A stretch of 64,000 bases of DNA from Octopus vulgaris (Eukaryota). A program made the translations under genes and the position numbers. The stretch covers positions 79,732,001 to 79,796,000 of the forward strand of contig OX597824.1 in assembly GCA_951406725.2 (NCBI GenBank), read 5' to 3'. Numbering within the stretch: position 1 is the first letter of the stretch; the number at the start of each line of letters is the position of its first letter. The notes below the pieces were generated by a model. It was not told where the DNA came from. It was given only the letters and a program-made list of their open reading frames with translations, and searched no databases. Positions 58,539 through 64,000 of this stretch are shown one piece after another.

Positions 58539-58919
58539 CATCTATCTATCTATCTGTCCATCCTTCTGTCTATCTGTGTATCCACCACTAGACTCTGACG
58601 AGATCACGCTTCAGTGAGCAGCGAACAAATATTGCTGCCGGGAGATATCCCGTTTTGATTAGGATTGCTTGTCACGTTCCCATGCTGGAATCGATAATAC
58701 TTCATTCACTAAGTTGGAAACATGGAAAAAGCGAAGAAGAAAGACAAAAACGAAAGAAAAAGAAAAACAAAGAAACAAACAAAAAAACCCCAGAGTAGCA
58801 GATATATATTAAATAAATGAAAGAAAAAGAGGAAAAAAGGAAAAAGAAAGAAACAATAGAAAGAAAGGACTGATAAAGAAACAGATGTAGAATGAGGAAT
58901 AATAATACTAATAACGATA

Positions 58920-58961
<42 letters not shown>

Positions 58962-58985
58962 ATAGTGATGATGATGATGATGATG

Positions 58986-59043
<58 letters not shown>

Positions 59044-59454
59044 CAACGATCAGAAAACACGAAAGAGAAGGCAATGTGAGAAGGTGAAGATGACAATGAA
59101 GGAGAAATGAAAGCGGAGGAGAGGGAGAAGAAGGAGGGGAAAGAAGGAGGGGAAGGAGGAGGAGGAAGAGGAGAAGAAGAAGAAAAATGGAAGAAATAGG
59201 GAGGAAGGTTGAAAAATAAATAAAAAAAACGATAACAAGAGTAATAACAACAATAACGACAATGGATACAACAACAACAACAACAGTAAGAAGAACAACA
59301 GCAGCAAGCTAAAACTGCAACAACAGTAACAACAACAATATTGACAACAACATGTCCTTATTCTTGAATGGAAACAGAACCGAGAAACGGCGATTAACAG
59401 AAACTTGGTTTGAAGATTAACGGTGATGAATGGAAAAATCAGGAACGTAGAGAT

Positions 59455-60800
59455 TGCAGTGGTGGTGGTGGTAGTTGTGGTGGTGATGATGCTGAGGATT
59501 ATGGTGGTGGTTGGGGTTGTAGTAGTTGTGGTTGAGGTGATTATGGTAGCGGTGGTAATTGTCTTGGTGGTTGTGGTGTTGGTGATGGTTGCGGTGTTGG
59601 TGATGCTTGTGGTTGTAGTAGTGATGATGGTGTTGGTGATGGTTGTGGTGTTGGTGATGGTTGTGGTGGTGGTGATGGTTTTGGTGGTGGTGATGGTTGT
59701 AGTTGTGGTGATGGTAGTGGTGGTAACTGTCCTGGTGGTTGTAGTAGTGATGATGGTGTTGGTGACGGTTGCGGTGTTGGTGATGGTTGCGGTGTTGGTG
59801 ATGGTTGTGGTGTTGGTGATGGTTGTAGTTGTGGTGATGGTAGTGGTGGTAACTGTCCTGGGTTGTAGTAGTGATGATGGTGTTGGTGACGGTTGCGGTG
59901 TTGGTGATGGTTGCGGTGTTGGTGATGGTTGTGGTGTTGGTGATGGTTGTAGTTGTGATAATGGTTGTGGTGGTGATTGTCCTGGTGGTTATGGTTGTGG
60001 TAGTGATGGTGGTGTTGGTGATGGTTGTGGTGTTGGTGATGGTTGTGGTGTTGGCGATGGTTGTGGTGTTGTGATGGTTGTAGTGTTGGTGATGGTTGTG
60101 GTGGTGTTGGCGATGGTTGTGGTGTTGTGATGGTTGTAGTATTGGTGATGGTTGTGGTGTTGTGATGGTTGTAGTGTTGGTGATGGTTGTGGTTGTGTTG
60201 GCGATGGTTGTGGTGTTGGTGATGGTTGTGGTATTGTGATGGTTGTAGTGTTGGTGATGGTTGCGGTGTTGGTGATGGTTGTGGTGTTTGTGATGGTTGT
60301 AGTTGTGGTGATGGGTGTGGTGGTGATTGTCCTGGTGGTCATGGTTGTGGTAGTGATGGTTGTGGTGTTGGTGATGGTTGTAGTGGTGTTGATGGCTGAA
60401 TTTGTGGTGATGGTTGCGGTATAGGTACTAGTTGCAATGGTGCTGGGGGTTGTTTTATTTTTGTTGCTGTTGGTTGTTGTAATGTTGATGACACATTAGT
60501 GGTGGTAGGAGTAGAAGCAGTAGAGTAGTGGCAGTAGTACAAGTAGTAGCAGTAGAAGTGGTAGCAGTAGTTGTGGCTGTAGTATTATGTGTGTTGGTAG
60601 TGGTGGTGGTAGTAGAGGTAGATTTAGGAGTATTGGTAGTGGTAGTGGTGGTGGTAGGATAGTTTTAGGAGTGGTGGTGGTTGTAGTGGTGGTGGTAATA
60701 GAGGTGGTGGTAGTGGAGGTAGTTTTAGGAGTATTGGTAGTGGTAGTGGTGGTGGTAGGATAGTTTTAGGAGTGGCGGTGGTTGAAGTGGTGGTAGTAAT
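59455..60800. repeat. GT-rich minisatellite (ggtgatggttgtggtgtt-like ~18-bp units), then GGT/AGT tract with duplicated blocks
   Basis: Directly visible; explains the Val-rich and GDGCGV ORFs. Confidence 0.92.
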
Positions 60801-60849
60801 GGAGAGATGGTCTGTCAGATTGTATTAATGTCAAGTGGTTTGGAATGGG

Positions 60850-61405
60850 AGTGAGAGAGAGAAAGAAAGAGAGAGAGAGAGAAAGAGAGGGATGAGTCAA
60901 AAAGACAGAGATAGAGAGAGGAAAGAGATGAAGGAAAGAGGGAGAAAGAGAGTGAGGTAGAAATCGAGATAGAGATAGATATATAGGTAGATTAAATAGG
61001 GAAAGAGAGAGAGAGAGAGAGGAAGAGCGAGAGAGAGAGAAAGAGAGAGAGAGAAAGAAAGAGAAAAAGAGAGAGAAAGAGAGAAAGAGAAAGATGGAAA
61101 TATATATATAGAGGGAGATAGATAGATATATAGGTAGATTAAATAGAGAGAGAGGGGGGGGAGAGGGAGAGAGAGAGAAAGAGAGAGAGAGGGGAAAAAA
61201 GAGAGAGAGATGTGAAATAGAAAGAAATAGATTAAAGAAATCAAGAGAGAGAGAGAGAGAGGGAGAAGAAGAAAAAAGAGAGAGAAAGAGAGAAAGGGAG
61301 AGATGGAAATATATATAGAGTGAGATAGATAGATATATAGGTAGATTAAAGAGAGAGAGAGAGAGAGGGAGAGGAAGAGAGAGGGAGAGAGTGAGAGAGA
61401 GAGAA
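60850..61405. repeat. GA-rich tract with a thrice-repeated gatagatatataggtagattaaa block
   Basis: Block at ~60975, 61122 and 61328. Confidence 0.9.
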
Positions 61406-62040
61406 GCGGCAAAACTATTATTTGTTGGTCCTTGTGATTGTTACTATTGTTGTTTAACCCCAGGCCAGCTTGAATAGAGCAAAACTATGAGCAACGACAC
61501 CATTCCAACCGCAATCATTCCGATGGAATGAGTACCAGACTTAAAAATGATACACTGGGGTCGATTTGCTCGACTGAACACTTTTCAGGTGGTGCTCCAG
61601 CATAGCCGCAGTCCAGTGATTGAAATAAATAAGAGAAATAAAGAAAGATTCCGTTTTGTTTTTAGGCATAGTGTATCTAGGACTACATTGTATAATATGT
61701 TCTTTTCTTTTAATGACAGTGGTATGTGATTTGAGTGAGATTTAATTGCTATTTCTAGTAGGCCGTGTAACCACATATAGGTTCCCATTTTCGCTCATAG
61801 TTATAGTTTAGCTCCAGCTCAGCTCTGAATAAGCACACTTATCATGAAAAGCGTTTCAATTGTGACCACCTCGCCTTTTATTCAGATAGTGCACTCGGAA
61901 CCACATTGACCTGTGTCCTTCCAATTTTAAGGTAGGAAGTAAACTGCGATGTTTAGGAGATTCGGTTGCTATTTCTAGCAAGTCGATTAACCACAAAACC
62001 CCTTTCGTTGTATATTAATTAGTGTTGTAGCTAAAGTAGT

Positions 62041-62416
62041 GTGGAGGCACAATGGCCCAGTGGTTAGGGCAGCGGACTCGCGGTCGTAGGATCGCGGTTT
62101 CGATTCCCAGACCGGACGTTGTGAGTGTTTATTGAGCTAAAGTTCCACGAGTCTCCGGCAGGGAATGGTGGCGAACCTTGCTGTACTCTTTCACCACAAC
62201 TTTCTCTCACTCTTTCTTCCTGTTTCTGTTGTACCTGTGTTTCAAAGGACCAGCCTTGTCACACTCTGTGTCACACTGAATCTCCCCGAGAACTACGTTA
62301 AGGGTACACGTGTCTGTGGAGTGCTCAACCATTTGCACGTAAATTTCACGAGCAGGCTGTTCCGTTGATCGGGTCAACTGGAACCCTCGTCGTCGTAACC
62401 GACGGAGTGCCAACCA
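62041..62416 (+). mobile_element. SINE C, full length, 12-bp TSD
   Basis: TSD agctaaagtagt at 62029-62040 and 62417-62428. Confidence 0.92.
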
Positions 62417-62444
62417 GCTAAAGTAGTTTTAGACTATAGTATTC

Positions 62445-62680
62445 AGAGGTATGGCTGCATGGCAAAGAAGAAGCCCGCTTTTCAACCACGTGGTTTTGGG
62501 TTCAGTCCTGCTGCGCGGCACCTTGTGGAGGTGTCTGCTACTAAAGCCTCGGGTCGACTAATACCTCGTGAGTGAATGTGGTTGACGGAAACTGAAAGAA
62601 GCCTGTCGTGTATATATATTCTTTTATTCTTTTATATCTCTCAGTCATTTGACTGCGGCCATGCTGGAGCACAACCTTTA
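62445..62680. mobile_element. Diverged SINE B head (+) and an inverted B tail fragment
   Basis: gggttcagtcctgctgcgcggcacctt..., then cagtcatttgactgcggccatgctggagc. Confidence 0.75.
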
Positions 62681-62773
62681 GGATAAAATCTTTATAAGAA
62701 TTTATCAAGTAGTTAGCGTGAAAAACCTCATAAGGGAAAAATCCATCAATTACTCCTCTTAAATATATTTACT

Positions 62774-62882
62774 TATATTAAGGGCATTACTATACATAAA
62801 TGCCTCACGTTAGGAGGGACTCTTAAAATCAAGACTTCCCTCCTTGCGTGAGGCATTTATGTATAGTAAAGCCCTTAATATA
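62774..62882. repeat. Near-perfect inverted repeat (~50-bp arms), probably a PLE fold-back end
   Basis: tattaagggcattactatacataaatgcctcacg..aggaggga pairs with tccctcct..cgtgaggcatttatgtatagtaaagcccttaata. Confidence 0.9.
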
Positions 62883-62974
62883 TATATATATATATATAAA
62901 TAATATATAAATATATGCATATATACATACATATATGTACATGCCTACATATATATGTAAATACATGCATATTT

Positions 62975-63450
62975 TGAGACAGGACATTTAAAAAACGTAG
63001 ACAAAGTGAGAAACGAAAACATAAAAAACAAAAACATAGAAAACGAACTTTTTTGAACGAAAGAAACAAATATACAGAGAAACGAGACAGGCAGGCAACA
63101 TAAAGAACATTCCCTTCATCAGTTTTCCCCTGTTTTATCTACTCCGCGTTACGAAGGTAGGGACAAGACGTGACTTCGTTAAAACAGTCATTTCCGCAAA
63201 GCAAATTAAATAAAATTTGGGATTTTTTGCGGAGTGTGAAAGTGGTAACAAAAAACAGGACAGTGAGAGCAAAACAGTAACAACAAACGGTGAGGGCTGT
63301 TAAGCCAAGACGATGTGAAGTGGTGAACGCTGGAAAAACGAGCTTTGAGAAGAGACGGGTAAAAACACGTCTTGTCTTTAGGAAGGAAGTGGAAGACAGG
63401 AAGATGGATGGCCGTTGGTCACGCGTGAGCAACGAGAGAGCCAAGGAGAA
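62975..63450. mobile_element. Repeat family E, second and longer copy
   Basis: Homologous to 31735-32100. Confidence 0.75.
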
Positions 63451-64000
63451 AGAGTGAGAGGATAGAGAGAGGGGAATGGTGAAGGGGAGAAGAGAAGAAT
63501 AGGGAAAGGGTGGGAGAGAAAAACAGAAAGAAAGAAGAACAAGAGAGGGAGAAAGATAGAAAGAATAGAGATAGAATAAGAGTGTGCATCGTAATTATTA
63601 AGATAAAACTTACTTGGAAATGGATGCATTTGCTCGATCATATAATATAAATAATATATAAATATATGCATATATACAAACATATATACACGTACACTCA
63701 TACATACATACATAATACATACATGCATACATACATGCGCACACATATTTATACACACACACACATACATATTTATGCATGTATGTAGGTATATGTATGC
63801 ATCTGGAGGCATTAGTCTAGATGGCGACTTTGAATGACAAATTTGATTCATAAAGCCAAAACTGTCTCTGAATTAATTCAAGAATGGTCGGCTAGCAGAT
63901 GTAAATTCCTCGAATCTGATTATTCTACAGACGGTTAATCCGTGATGCTTCGAGAATTCGGGAAAATATTCAATTTAAAAGACTTGAAACATATCTAAAT

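Noticed and set aside
58584-58630. CTGACGA followed by a hairpin
   Set aside because: No GAAA in the right position and no stem III or stem I.
59423-60424. Val-rich and GDGCGV-repeat ORFs resembling structural proteins
   Set aside because: The frames shift within a GT-rich minisatellite; there is no signal peptide, splice support or consistent frame.

Overview
This is AT-rich, repeat-saturated animal DNA, intronic or intergenic. The microsatellite load and the tRNA-derived SINE families suggest a coleoid cephalopod, most likely Octopus (inference from sequence style). Almost every ORF in the supplied track is a translation of microsatellites or SINEs, and I found no complete protein-coding gene. 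Supported features: three modular tRNA-head SINE families (called A, B and C here) in dozens of copies, several with exact target-site duplications (TSDs); a decayed mariner transposase and a mariner-type MITE; a 4x146-bp tandem array built from a DNA-transposon end; LINE 3' remnants in microsatellites; an RTE-derived element next to a 1-kb A-tract satellite; many Penelope-like (PLE) terminal remnants with minimal type I hammerhead-ribozyme motifs and fold-back hairpins; and two weak exon candidates. The most interesting signals are a dense, diverse set of hammerhead-like motifs, a SINE subfamily that appears to insert at GGT and shares its tail with a TATC-embedded LINE end, two unrelated 44-bp-arm/8-nt-loop hairpins, and a mosaic that probably marks a heterozygous insertion collapsed in the assembly. 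Family names are pattern-based and were not checked against databases.
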